In this document: positions 10,095 to 23,500 of the stretch, in pieces | How positions within the stretch are numbered: position 1 is the first letter of the stretch | Layout: every line of letters begins with the position of its first letter | NCBI RefSeq assembly: GCF_001194135.2 | Contig: NC_068992.1 | Span: 66,076,508 to 66,113,913, forward strand | Direction of reading: 5' to 3' | DNA length: 37,406 nucleotides | Source: Octopus bimaculoides | Taxonomy: Eukaryota | The notes under the pieces: generated by a model | What the model was told of the DNA's origin: nothing | The model's database searches: none | The model's input: only the letters and a program-made list of their open reading frames with translations | Made by a program: the position numbers and the translations under genes

Positions 10095-10294
10095 TACCCT
10101 TCTCTTTATAAAATGTCATAGAATTTTCACACTGAATTAGCCTTGTTATCTCATTTTATTTAACCTATGTACGCTCACACACGACCTGCATCAGATTCCT
10201 CACCCATACTATTATTGAACGGGAGTCTAACAGTGGTCCTTCCGTAGCACTTACATAACCATACCTGCCTTTTGGATCTTCTGGATACCAAAAC

Positions 10295-10328
<34 letters not shown>

Positions 10329-10910
10329 NNNNNNNNNNNNNNNNNNNNNNNNNNNNNNNNNNNNNNNNNNNNNNNNNNNNNNNNNNNNNNNNNNNNNNNN
10401 NNNNNNNNNNNNNNNNNNNNNNNNNNNNNNNNNNNNNNNNNNNNNNNNNNNNNNNNNNNNNNNNNNNNNNNNNNNNNNNNNNNNNNNNNNNNNNNNNNNN
10501 NNNNNNNNNNNNNNNNNNNNNNNNNNNNNNNNNNNNNNNNNNNNNNNNNNNNNNNNNNNNNNNNNNNNNNNNNNNNNNNNNNNNNNNNNNNNNNNNNNNN
10601 NNNNNNNNNNNNNNNNNNNNNNNNNNNNNNNNNNNNNNNNNNNNNNNNNNNNNNNNNNNNNNNNNNNNNNNNNNNNNNNNNNNNNNNNNNNNNNNNNNNN
10701 NNNNNNNNNNNNNNNNNNNNNNNNNNNNNNNNNNNNNNNNNNNNNNNNNNNNNNNNNNNNNNNNNNNNNNNNNNNNNNNNNNNNNNNNNNNNNNNNNNNN
10801 NNNNNNNNNNNNNNNNNNNNNNNNNNNNNNNNNNNNNNNNNNNNNNNNNNNNNNNNNNNNNNNNNNNNNNNNNNNNNNNNNNNNNNNNNNNNNNNNNNNN
10901 NNNNNNNNNN

Positions 10911-10979
<69 letters not shown>

Positions 10980-11454
10980 TACACACACATATATACACAC
11001 ATATATACACACACATACACATCTGTGGGTGTATGTGTATGCATTTATATGTATATGTATATATAGGTGTTGTGGCGGCAGAATGTTCACTGATTAAGCA
11101 ATTTAAAATAATTACACGGGAATATTTCCAAAGACAACAACTGTCATTAAAATTAATGACTTTTTCGTCTCATTAGTGTCCAGTGATTAGAATTTTTTTT
11201 TCCTAGTCACTTCGTAAGGTTAACCCATGTTTAACCATTCGATAGTTTTTAATCATGAGTCAGATCTATCGGGGATGACGCAGAGTTTAATACGAGCAAC
11301 AACAACAACGACAACGGTAATAACATCAGAAAGGCTTCCCGCAATCTCTCCATCATTCCCTTACGTCATTCAAACCACGATAAGCAATTACAGGACACGC
11401 TATTTCCTCGCCATTTTTTGTCCCCCAGCCAAACACTTAAAAGTAAACCCAGCT

Positions 11455-11645
11455 TCAGTGAGGTCATTTCCGGGTTTTCGGCACCGCCTTGAAGAATTTT
11501 TAGTTGAAGGAATCGATCCCAGTACTTGTTTTAAAGCTAGTACTTATGGCATCGGACTCTTTTGCAGAAACGCTAGGTTACGGGGACGTAAACACGCCAT
11601 CACCCGTTGTCAAGTGGTGTTCGGGGCAAACACAGACACAAAAAC
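11455..11645 (-). mobile_element. SINE family A, 3' half
   Basis: Reverse complement matches 33110-33300 (tttacgtccccgtaacctagcg..aaaagagtccgat..aagtact..gatcgatt..cttcaaggcggtgc). Confidence 0.75.
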
Positions 11646-11713
11646 ACACACACACACACATACACACACAAACACACACAAACACACACACATACATACA
11701 TACATACATGCAT

Positions 11714-11756
<43 letters not shown>

Positions 11757-12593
11757 NNNNNNNNNNNNNNNNNNNNNNNNNNNNNNNNNNNNNNNNNNNN
11801 NNNNNNNNNNNNNNNNNNNNNNNNNNNNNNNNNNNNNNNNNNNNNNNNNNNNNNNNNNNNNNNNNNNNNNNNNNNNNNNNNNNNNNNNNNNNNNNNNNNN
11901 NNNNNNNNNNNNNNNNNNNNNNNNNNNNNNNNNNNNNNNNNNNNNNNNNNNNNNNNNNNNNNNNNNNNNNNNNNNNNNNNNNNNNNNNNNNNNNNNNNNN
12001 NNNNNNNNNNNNNNNNNNNNNNNNNNNNNNNNNNNNNNNNNNNNNNNNNNNNNNNNNNNNNNNNNNNNNNNNNNNNNNNNNNNNNNNNNNNNNNNNNNNN
12101 NNNNNNNNNNNNNNNNNNNNNNNNNNNNNNNNNNNNNNNNNNNNNNNNNNNNNNNNNNNNNNNNNNNNNNNNNNNNNNNNNNNNNNNNNNNNNNNNNNNN
12201 NNNNNNNNNNNNNNNNNNNNNNNNNNNNNNNNNNNNNNNNNNNNNNNNNNNNNNNNNNNNNNNNNNNNNNNNNNNNNNNNNNNNNNNNNNNNNNNNNNNN
12301 NNNNNNNNNNNNNNNNNNNNNNNNNNNNNNNNNNNNNNNNNNNNNNNNNNNNNNNNNNNNNNNNNNNNNNNNNNNNNNNNNNNNNNNNNNNNNNNNNNNN
12401 NNNNNNNNNNNNNNNNNNNNNNNNNNNNNNNNNNNNNNNNNNNNNNNNNNNNNNNNNNNNNNNNNNNNNNNNNNNNNNNNNNNNNNNNNNNNNNNNNNNN
12501 NNNNNNNNNNNNNNNNNNNNNNNNNNNNNNNNNNNNNNNNNNNNNNNNNNNNNNNNNNNNNNNNNNNNNNNNNNNNNNNNNNNNNNNNNNNNN

Positions 12594-12632
<39 letters not shown>

Positions 12633-13639
12633 CGTGTGCGTGTGTGTGTGTATTGCATTGTTAACATATTGTTCGGATCATAGACTTTTACTGCACTCCT
12701 TATTCTGGGTGTTTCCAGAGAAGACAAGCAAAATACTAGAGCACGTAGTTAAACCCACTTATAGAAACACACACACACACACACATACACACACACATAC
12801 ACATACATGCATATACACACACAAACTACTACATGCATAAGCACATTAATGTACATATGTGTATGCGTACAATTATATGTGTGTGTGTGTAAATGCACTC
12901 ATAAACACACGCACATATATATATAATATATATATATGTATATATATATNNNNNNNNNNNNNNNNNNNNNNNNNNNNNNNNNNNNNNNNNNNNNNNNNNN
13001 NNNNNNNNNNNNNNNNNNNNNNNNNNNNNNNNNNNNNNNNNNNNNNNNNNNNNNNNNNNNNNNNNNNNNNNNNNNNNNNNNNNNNNNNNNNNNNNNNNNN
13101 NNNNNNNNNNNNNNNNNNNNNNNNNNNNNNNNNNNNNNNNNNNNNNNNNNNNNNNNNNNNNNNNNNNNNNNNNNNNNNNNNNNNNNNNNNNNNNNNNNNN
13201 NNNNNNNNNNNNNNNNNNNNNNNNNNNNNNNNNNNNNNNNNNNNNNNNNNNNNNNNNNNNNNNNNNNNNNNNNNNNNNNNNNNNNNNNNNNNNNNNNNNN
13301 NNNNNNNNNNNNNNNNNNNNNNNNNNNNNNNNNNNNNNNNNNNNNNNNNNNNNNNNNNNNNNNNNNNNNNNNNNNNNNNNNNNNNNNNNNNNNNNNNNNN
13401 NNNNNNNNNNNNNNNNNNNNNNNNNNNNNNNNNNNNNNNNNNNNNNNNNNNNNNNNNNNNNNNNNNNNNNNNNNNNNNNNNNNNNNNNNNNNNNNNNNNN
13501 NNNNNNNNNNNNNNNNNNNNNNNNNNNNNNNNNNNNNNNNNNNNNNNNNNNNNNNNNNNNNNNNNNNNNNNNNNNNNNNNNNNNNNNNNNNNNNNNNNNN
13601 NNNNNNNNNNNNNNNNNNNNNNNNNNNNNNNNNNNNNNN

Positions 13640-13690
<51 letters not shown>

Positions 13691-14947
13691 ATGTCAAACA
13701 ACTGCATTTCAGGAATTGAATGCTATTTCAGAACAACGTTTGTCAAGATAGATAACTTTCAGCCTAAATAAAAACGAGAGAACGTCGACCAGAGAACTAT
13801 CTGCTTCAAATAATAGGCAAATATATATACAGCATATTGATGCATTTGAGCCAAAATAGTAAAACTGATATTTTATTTCTTATGGCACTTAACGGCTCAA
13901 CAGGGAATCGGTGCTATAACTTTATGAGGAAAATGGACCTCAAACAGAGCGCATAAAGAAAATATAGAATATTAACCTCATGTGACATTTACATGTTAAC
14001 GTGACTGTTCACATCGTCAGCCGCCGCTAAACTAAAGACAATCTCTCGTTTAGGAACACAAAATATGCAACAGCTGTAGCTTCATATGTGGCCGGAATAT
14101 TAAATGACGGGAATGGACAATGAAAGTAATCAATCGCTCAATATATTGAGAAATAATAGAACGGTTAATGAAAATGCATTCAGAGCAGTCTATTGAAGGA
14201 TCAGAGCATCAAATTCTTACCAAAATGCCTGAGTCAACTCGATTGATGTCCATCGAGCTTTGAAAATAAAATTTCGTACACAGAAAAAGCGATCGTTCAT
14301 TAGACTTATCATATCTGTCATTCAGAGAGGTAGCCTTCTTATTTACAGGTTCACTTAATCATTTAGATTGCAATTCAATGGGAGGGAAGTTTCGTTGATC
14401 GAGTAAATACCTAAAGCCCTTTTCCTCAAAATCGAAGCCAGTTTCATAGAATAATTTTTGTTACAGTAGTATAGTTCATATATCCACTGTATGCAATTTA
14501 ATTATATAACAGAAGTATACAGTCGTTATATACGACAGGTATAAGACCATTACAATAGTGAATGTGTTTATATAGAATTTAATCATAGTCTTTATTCTAA
14601 GACTTCCTATTGAACACATTAAGTAGTTCTATAACGTGTGCGTTAACAATATTCCATATCAACTTAAGACTCGCCACATAATATTTCAGCAATTATACGT
14701 TTTGTGTTGTTTCGGTTTTTTCTTTTCCTTTTTCTTTTCAGTATCAATACTTCGATATGAAATACTGCAATACGAAGTCAATATAAGTCAACTGAAATAC
14801 GACGAATGAAATCAATAGAAGAAAGATGAAGAAGGATGACGACTGAATAAGAATTCCGATTCTTTACAACAGTTGTTTATAATATTCCTACAATTACCTC
14901 ATCGTACGAGAGAATATTAGTACAATGTACCAGAAGAGAACGGAGCT

Positions 14948-15160
14948 GCTGCGTGGCTTAGTGGTTAAGGTGTTGTACTTATGATCGTAAGATTGTGGTT
15001 TCGATTCCTGGACTGGGCGATGCATTGTGTTCTTGAGCAAAACACTTCATTTCACGTTGCAGTCCACTCAGCTGGCAAAAATGAGTTAGGTTTCGATGGA
15101 CTGGTGTCCCATCCAGGGTAGAGTGGAATATACACGCCATAGAATCCGGGGAAACCGCGC
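14948..15160 (+). mobile_element. SINE family B
   Basis: A-box TGGCTTAGTGG, B-box-like GTTTCGATTCC, and the shared central domain. The tail differs from that of the 5694 copy. Confidence 0.85.
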
Positions 15161-15200
15161 TCAGAATGGAATTTTGATCCTTCGTCTCTGAAGAGGAAGG

Positions 15201-15355
15201 AGGAGGTTAGTAGAATCATTGGCTTGTGGTATTCAGTCATGTACCTGGGTGTTCTGAGTTCAAATCACATCAAGATTGACCTTCACTAGCGTTCTTCTGA
15301 AATTCGTTAAAACAAGTACCAAAGTAATAACTGGTATCGAATTTACACATTCCCA
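15201..15355 (+). mobile_element. SINE family C (degenerate)
   Basis: tagaatcatt..gttctgagttcaaatc..ttgacctt..aagtacc..actggtatcga is homologous to 22253-22492. Confidence 0.55.
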
Positions 15356-15401
15356 GTATTTAGTCCCACCCTGGAGATCAATATCTTCTTTCGGATCAAA
15401 C

Positions 15402-15443
<42 letters not shown>

Positions 15444-16561
15444 GTGTAGCGGTCTGATCTTTTCAGCAAATGGAAGAGAAATATATTTGTCACTATCGAT
15501 GTGTGACTCATAGATTTTGCAGTCATGGAGTTACAGACTGTTCTCTTCTCTCTCTAGTATTAAACTTATAAAGCAGTAAACCTTTCCTCCTTATTCAGGA
15601 TAAATAGGGAAAGGAAATACTTGTTAATTATGCTGGTGCCAAACGTGGATGCACAGGATTTATAAAAGAATTAATTCCATAAAACATCGCAGACTCGCTT
15701 CACAATCCACGTTTTAACCTACCCTCAGCTAGTTTATCAATGAATCACATCAAAGACCAACTACAAAATTAGTGAACTCCTTCACCCGTCTCCAGTTTAT
15801 CATTGATCCTTGAAGTCAAATTAACTCGTTTGGCTTTTAGTGAACTGTTTCATTGGTCGAGGAATAGTTACGTCACTGCTGCATAAATCAAGTTGGGTAC
15901 CTATTGGCCGCTGTGCTTTTAGCATAACTCAATAAATCCGCAGATTTGATAATCCCAGTCGTCAATGACTTTTAATATGTTGTTGACACACCATTCTGAC
16001 CTTTCTTGAAATTGCAGTGTTTGAAATAATGGTAGAATCCTACTATTGTCGCGTTATGAAATCGTCACACAGTTTTGTCACGAAATGGAGTTAACAAGAT
16101 TTATGGCATTTCAGAGTGATGTAGCATGCTGCAACATCAAAGAGAACTAATGCCAACATTTTTATGTGGTTATTTCTAAATATCCATTACTGGTCTACAC
16201 CATTTTAAACACTCACCGCCATGCTGGCTACAACAAAGGAATGTAATTTTCATTAATGTGCCCTCTTCAACAAATAAACAATACACTAACAACACAAACT
16301 GCTGCCACCTGTTGACAAACACTTGTAAATTGGTATTGATTTGAAAAACCAGTACAAACACACACACATACACATACACATGTGTGTATATACATATACA
16401 TGTGTGTATATACATATACATGCACATACATATATATATATATATACACGCACACATATATATGTGTGTAAGCACGTGTGCGTGTGTGCGTGTGCGTATG
16501 AGTATGTACGTGCACATGTAAGTGTATGAATGCGTATACATATGCATCTGTAGATATGTAT

Positions 16562-16735
16562 ATATTCTTATTCAGTATATTTATATGTATATGTATACAT
16601 GAGTGTATATTTCATATCGATATATACGTACATATACATATGTNNNNNNNNNNATATTCTTATTCAGTATATTTATATGTATATGTATACATGAGTGTAT
16701 ATTTCATATCTATATATACGTACATATACATATGT
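16562..16735 (+). repeat. 82-bp direct duplication across a 10-N gap (likely assembly or haplotype artefact)
   Basis: 16562-16643 matches 16654-16735 except for one base (g at 16619 versus t at 16711). Confidence 0.85.
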
Positions 16736-17299
16736 GTGTGTGTGTGTTGATGTGAGAATGAGAGAGAGAGAGAGAGAGAATGGATGTCTCTACATCACTA
16801 AAGCAGAACAGTTTGCTCTCAGTGTGTAGTTTTATGTTTGTGTGTGCTTGTATGCATCTAAGAGTGTGCATGCACGTTTGTACATGTGTGCAAATGTGTG
16901 TACATATGTGTTTGTGCATGTGTGTGTAAGAGAGAGAGAAAGAGGGAGAGAGAGACGGAGAGAAAGAACCATTAAACTGCGTGCTTAATCAAACGAGTAT
17001 AACGTATGGAAGAGTAAGCCGAGGTCATTAAAACCTTCAACAATTGAAGCTGTTAGATACTTAATCGAACTAATTTCGCTCTATAAATCACTATAATTCA
17101 CCATCAACTTACAGCGAACTCGTTTTAGTAGCAGACACCCTTTAGCATTATTGGTTTCTGATAAATACCCAAGATCTTCCAGTCGATCTAACGCGCTATT
17201 TGACTCCATGACAACAAAGGATTATTTTCTCTTCGATCGAGTATTTGTTTCTCCCAAATGTGTGCGTTTTAGGACGTTGTAAACTTAGAAGAAACAAGC

Positions 17300-17350
17300 A
17301 AGTACCAGTCACGTACTGGGGCCGATAAAATCGACTGTATTTCCACCCAC
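17300..17350 (+). mobile_element. SINE family C short 3' fragment
   Basis: aagtaccagtcacgtactggggccgataaaatcgact matches ttaccagtgaagcactggggtcgatgatagcgact in the adjacent copy. Confidence 0.5.
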
Positions 17351-17381
17351 AAGATCTTTTTAATTGTTAGGAAATTAATAT

Positions 17382-17537
17382 TAAGCATCTAGTGAGTTCA
17401 AATGCCGCCGAGGTCTATTTTGCCTTTCACAATTGCGGGGTCGATAAAATAATTACCAGTGAAGCACTGGGGTCGATGATAGCGACTTATCCCTTCTCCT
17501 GTAACTGCTGGCCTTGTGCCAGAATTTGAAACCAATA
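17382..17537 (+). mobile_element. SINE family C (5'-truncated)
   Basis: gagttcaaatgccgccgaggtc..tttgcctttc..ggggtcgataaaat..ctggccttgtgccagaatttgaaacc is homologous to 22253-22492. Confidence 0.75.
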
Positions 17538-18768
17538 TTAAAGAGATCTATTACCAGACTAGCCATTCCCAGGCTGTTTTTTTAAAATTTATATATTTGT
17601 TTTGTAAGTTTTGTTTTGTGTGTATTTTTGTCTTTGTTTTGTGTGTATTTTTGATCTGAAGATCAAAATTAAAACTATCGACGGACTTCACATAAGGAAT
17701 TTAAAATCAACGTTGATTGGGAATCTCTTGATATCTCTGCTGGCGCGGTCGGGGGATAACATGGTGAGATACGGAGGAGAGAAGAAACGACACTTTGATT
17801 GCTTATCGTAACATTCGCAATCTAACAAAACCTTGGGTGGCGGCGATGATGGCGATCATGGCGCTGATGGCAATGGCGCTGATGGCAATGGCGCTGATGG
17901 CAATGGTGGTGGTGGTGGTGGTGGTGNNNNNNNNNNNNNNNNNNNNNNNNNNNNNNNNNNNNNNNNNNNNNNNNNNNNNNNNNNNNNNNNNNNNNNNNNN
18001 NNNNNNNNNNNNNNNNNNNNNNNNNNNNNNNNNNNNNNNNNNNNNNNNNNNNNNNNNNNNNNNNNNNNNNNNNNNNNNNNNNNNNNNNNNNNNNNNNNNN
18101 NNNNNNNNNNNNNNNNNNNNNNNNNNNNNNNNNNNNNNNNNNNNNNNNNNNNNNNNNNNNNNNNNNNNNNNNNNNNNNNNNNNNNNNNNNNNNNNNNNNN
18201 NNNNNNNNNNNNNNNNNNNNNNNNNNNNNNNNNNNNNNNNNNNNNNNNNNNNNNNNNNNNNNNNNNNNNNNNNNNNNNNNNNNNNNNNNNNNNNNNNNNN
18301 NNNNNNNNNNNNNNNNNNNNNNNNNNNNNNNNNNNNNNNNNNNNNNNNNNNNNNNNNNNNNNNNNNNNNNNNNNNNNNNNNNNNNNNNNNNNNNNNNNNN
18401 NNNNNNNNNNNNNNNNNNNNNNNNNNNNNNNNNNNNNNNNNNNNNNNNNNNNNNNNNNNNNNNNNNNNNNNNNNNNNNNNNNNNNNNNNNNNNNNNNNNN
18501 NNNNNNNNNNNNNNNNNNNNNNNNNNNNNNNNNNNNNNNNNNNNNNNNNNNNNNNNNNNNNNNNNNNNNNNNNNNNNNNNNNNNNNNNNNNNNNNNNNNN
18601 NNNNNNNNNNNNNNNNNNNNNNNNNNNNNNNNNNNNNNNNNNNNNNNNNNNNNNNNNNNNNNNNNNNNNNNNNNNNNNNNNNNNNNNNNNNNNNNNNNNN
18701 NNNNNNNNNNNNNNNNNNNNNNNNNNNNNNNNNNNNNNNNNNNNNNNNNNNNNNNNNNNNNNNNNNNN

Positions 18769-18823
<55 letters not shown>

Positions 18824-18911
18824 CATACATACATACACATACATAACAAATATATGTGTAGACTTATATATATGCAAATATATGCTTGCATACATGCACA
18901 TACACACATGG

Positions 18912-18960
<49 letters not shown>

Positions 18961-20088
18961 ATCACATTTAATGTCCAGACAGCTAAGTCGATGCATTGTC
19001 GTCAGAATATAAATATATTGCAAACAATCAGGCCATTTCTGTAAGTGCAGCTCCCTGATATAACTACACAAACACACACACACACTAAAACCTTCCTTTT
19101 AGTTCTATTTAGACCAGATGATGTGTTAAACCGACTGAATGAGGAAAATTAGCCGTGGATCAGATACTTCGGCTCCTGGCTTGTGGCTTTCCCAAGTTCA
19201 AACTTCTTCTGAGGTCATATATATTGGACTATATCCGTCTCTTACTAACCTTTTGGCCTTCTGCCAAGTTGAAGAATTATTAATATTTCTATTGCTAAGA
19301 CGGTTATTGTGTGGTAAAGTGAGATGAGCGTCGGAGAATATATGTCAGAACGTGGCGGGGGTGAGCTCCGCACACGCTATGTTGAGAGTCGTATTAATAT
19401 GCGGGTGTGTATGTGTTTGTATGCATAGATGGATGCGTATGCATGTATGTATGTATGAATGTATGTATGTATGTATGTATGTGTTTGTGTACATCATTAT
19501 ATGTGAATTACTTTGTCTGTGCGTAAGTGATTGTGTATACGCACACATATATATATATATAATATATACATACATATATACATACATGCATACATACATG
19601 CATACATACATACATACATACATACATACATACATACATACATACATACATACATACGTAGAGGAAGAGAGAGAAAGAGGTGTACAAACAACAGCGACGA
19701 AATCACACAACACGTTTCATAGAGTTTAGATTTATCTGAACGAATCTCACAAACGCTGAACAATAAAAAGCATGCGACAGCTGCTGATCGTACCACCTGA
19801 ACCGGCCGCCGATGAAAACAAATCCTTCTCATTATCTTATATCAACCAGCTTTATTTAAAAAGTCTAAATGTCTTTCCACCCAGAGCCAAGCATCCGAAC
19901 GATCAAGAGATATTTGTCTTAATCTTACATCAAATATGGATGTGAGGTGGGTGTCTTTGGTTAGTATTACTGTATTTAATGTAGTGAGCAGCAAAAATTT
20001 AATCAGAAATATATGTTTATAACGGAGCATAGCTGAAAGTTCGTCCAAAGATGTGACGGATCTGGATGAAGGGTGACAGAGATCAGCT

Positions 20089-20400
20089 CCCCATGAACAG
20101 TCCAGCTGTCAGAACTGCGACTAAAACAAGAATAGGAACATGGGAACATGGAATATTTGGACCATGCTTCAGACTTTGAGATCTCATCAGTGAAGCTAAG
20201 AAATCATTAATGTTACCGAAATAGGATGAGAGAATGATTAAGTAGATGTACATTATTGTAGAGAAGATTGAATATTGAGCTTTTTTAAAAGGAAATAAAT
20301 CACCGAGGTTATAGCAAGAAGGTCTGGAGCAGATACGAACTCATGTAGCCGTAAGGGAATCTAAGTAGCAGACGGGTTTGGCTTTTCTCTGTTGAAACAT
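20089..20400 (+). mobile_element. Degenerate RTE-clade LINE, start of the AP-endonuclease domain
   Basis: KTRIGTW[8-nt duplication GAACATGG]NIWTMLQT..LISEAKKS matches the RTE APE motif I (RIGTWNVRTM). The downstream sequence is disrupted. Confidence 0.6.
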
Positions 20401-20974
20401 TTTACTTGAATAAGTAAATCCTAATTATACTTTACCGAGATGTAAAATAGCGTCAAGACTTTCATAACCAAATTGTGTATTCGGAAAGCTCTCAGAATTT
20501 CTACAGCAGACGTCAACCGGAACAAACTCTCAGCAGATAAGTTCACCATGTTAATAATGCAGTTGTTTTACTACATACAACGATAAACGTAACTCACCGT
20601 GTATTCTAGTTACCGCCGTGTAGACTGAGCTATGAACATTTAAATGCTTCCTGATGTTATTTAGGCACAGATCATATCTGTTCGAGCTGGCCTATGGTTA
20701 AAAGACACTCCACTCGTGGTCAACCTATTTTTTGGTAAGGATCTACATTATCCGACGTGTCCTTCCATTTTTAAGAGAATAGAGTGTAAATTGGTGGCGA
20801 TTTAGCTTCATAGAGGATACCCTGGGACGCAGCTGGAAACCGTTGACAGAATACGAAATGCGATCCTTTCAACTCGTGTTTCATCACGCTTCCAATTCCG
20901 CCATGATATCTGCAACCTTCAGCTGAAATACAGATGAAACAAATATAAATACACACACACACACACGCACACAC

Positions 20975-21020
<46 letters not shown>

Positions 21021-21227
21021 ACATGTATGCGCATATATACATATGTGCATGAGCGTGTGTGTGTAAATGTATGTGTAAGTGTGTGTATGTGTGTGTGTGT
21101 TATGCTGTTAAGCTATATCGTGCTAGTTGTCTGTAGTAACCATGTTTGAAGTGGTTAAACCTACAGATAGTATCATTATCCGGCTCTACTAAAGCTATAT
21201 CAGTGATACCAGCTACTACGTACATAC

Positions 21228-21260
<33 letters not shown>

Positions 21261-22252
21261 NNNNNNNNNNNNNNNNNNNNNNNNNNNNNNNNNNNNNNNN
21301 NNNNNNNNNNNNNNNNNNNNNNNNNNNNNNNNNNNNNNNNNNNNNNNNNNNNNNNNNNNNNNNNNNNNNNNNNNNNNNNNNNNNNNNNNNNNNNNNNNNN
21401 NNNNNNNNNNNNNNNNNNNNNNNNNNNNNNNNNNNNNNNNNNNNNNNNNTATATATATGTATATGTATATGTATATGTATGTATGTATATATACACTCAT
21501 ATATACGTACATATATACGTAGTTATATCAATGATAGCAACGATTCAATAATTTGGTTCTTCGTTATGAGAAAATGGATAACATTTTATAAATTAATGCC
21601 TCCCCACTGGATATTGTTGGCTGATATTCGATGCCACATGGTTTTGCTTAATAATCTAAAATCCCTTTCCTTGCCAAAATAACTGCTTTCATTGAGGGGT
21701 TTTTTTTTTTTCGTTCTATGTATTTATTTGATATTTCTGAGTTGAAAGCGATATCCCAAAGGGAGTAGATAAAAATTTTCCGATAGGAAAGAAATCAAAC
21801 CAAAATAATTTATTCTGAAAAAAATTTAATTATTTTAATTAACCCTTGGAATGTCTTTCGATTGCTCATTTCTCGTCTATGGTCACAGGTCCTTTAGAAG
21901 ATTGCAGTGCCAGTCAAACTGACGGGTTTCCCAGATCAAGATCCATAAAAGTGCAATTTGTTCTGCGAAGTGGGAACAATTCCAAAGACGAAATATTTTT
22001 TATGCATTGCGTTTCATTTTCTACCACAATCCACTCTTTCCAGGGCTTCAGGATTTCACCGTGATTCTAAGAGGGTGGCTATCGGGCAACCAGGGATTCT
22101 GCCCTGGGCTTTTTATTGAGTATTCGCTGTTAAGCTGTATATCTACATGCAATTCCACTATGCACAAACTAGGGACTCGATAAATCGGCCAGATGATGAC
22201 AAATTAACCCTTAAACCCGGCTTTATATAATGATGTTCAATATAGTAAGAGA

Positions 22253-22492
22253 AAGGTGGCAAGCGTAGTAGAATCGTTAGCACGTTGGAGCAAATGCTTA
22301 GCGGCATTTCTTCCGGCTCTTTATATTGTGACTTCAAATCCCACCAAGGTTAACTTTGTCTTTCATCCCTTCGGGGCGATAAAATAAAGTACAAGTCAAT
22401 TACTGAATAAATAAAGTACAAGTCGAGTAATGGCGTTCGATGTAGTCGACTTTCCGTCTCCCTTCAAAATTTCTGGCTTTGAACCCTACAAA
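22253..22492 (+). mobile_element. SINE family C, near full length
   Basis: gtagaatcgttagcacg..aaatgcttagcggcatttc..cttcaaatcccaccaaggttaactttgtctttcatcc. It has a small internal duplication of AATAAAGTACAAGTC. Confidence 0.8.
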
Positions 22493-22680
22493 GGACCGAC
22501 GTCCCATTCAGTAGGATTGTTATACACCAAGGAAACCAAAGAACCGCAGCCCTAAAGGCTCTAGTGCTCATATATATATNNNNNNNNNNNNNNNNNNNNN
22601 NNNNNNNNNNNNNNNNNNNNNNNNNNNNNNNNNNNNNNNNNNNNNNNNNNNNNNNNNNNNNNNNNNNNNNNNNNNNNNNN

Positions 22681-22731
<51 letters not shown>

Positions 22732-23431
22732 GTATGTGTGTATGTATGTATGTATGTATGTATGTATGTATGTATATGAATAAAAGAAAAAAAAATGATT
22801 ATCAAAACTAGCAGCTGTTCCATTTTATACTTTGGAAGGTACCATGTTTAAGATACGGGTAAAAGAGAGCCTTTCACAAAATATCTACAAATAATATAAA
22901 GCGGGATTGATTCGACGACGGATTAAAATTGAGGCGAGGTTTCAAATCGACCAGTAACCACTCTTTACTTACCTGATTGATAGATTGCAGCCAAAAATAT
23001 TGGTTTTATTCATAGAATCGGCCAGGTTACTCAAGTGGAAAACATCAGCTTCGAGAAACGCAATTAATAATCCACAAATACAAACACGCACGCACGTATC
23101 TATATACGCACACTTGCAAATATACAAGATACACAGGCATGTGTATGTGTACACAGGTACAGACACACACGTACACAGCACAAACAGGGAAGAGATAGAT
23201 GGATAGATAAATACATACATACGTACGTACGTATGTATGGATGTAACTATGTAAGTGTATATATATCTATGTATATATATACACACACACATATATATCT
23301 CCATTACACATGTGCATTCATGTTATGTGTGCGTGTCTGTGTATGTGTGTGTATGTGGATATGTATGTGTGTGTGTGTGTGCATACACACACGCACACAC
23401 ATTGCTAAAAGAAATAATTCATTGCAATGAG

Positions 23432-23500
<69 letters not shown>
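23432..23500 (+). repeat. (AAT)n microsatellite
   Basis: Pure trinucleotide run. Confidence 0.97.

Larger units (their letters stand above)
9834..10171. mobile_element. Inverted-repeat element with divergent hammerhead motifs (Penelope-like pLTR remnant)
   Basis: Reverse complement of 9834-9951 aligns to about 10053-10171 (13 differences over the distal 104 nt or so, about 87%). The spacer is about 95 nt with no ORF. Confidence 0.78.

Noticed and set aside
16562-16735. 82-bp duplication as a biological tandem repeat
   Set aside because: It straddles a 10-N scaffold gap with a single SNP, which is typical of unmerged overlapping contig ends or haplotypes.
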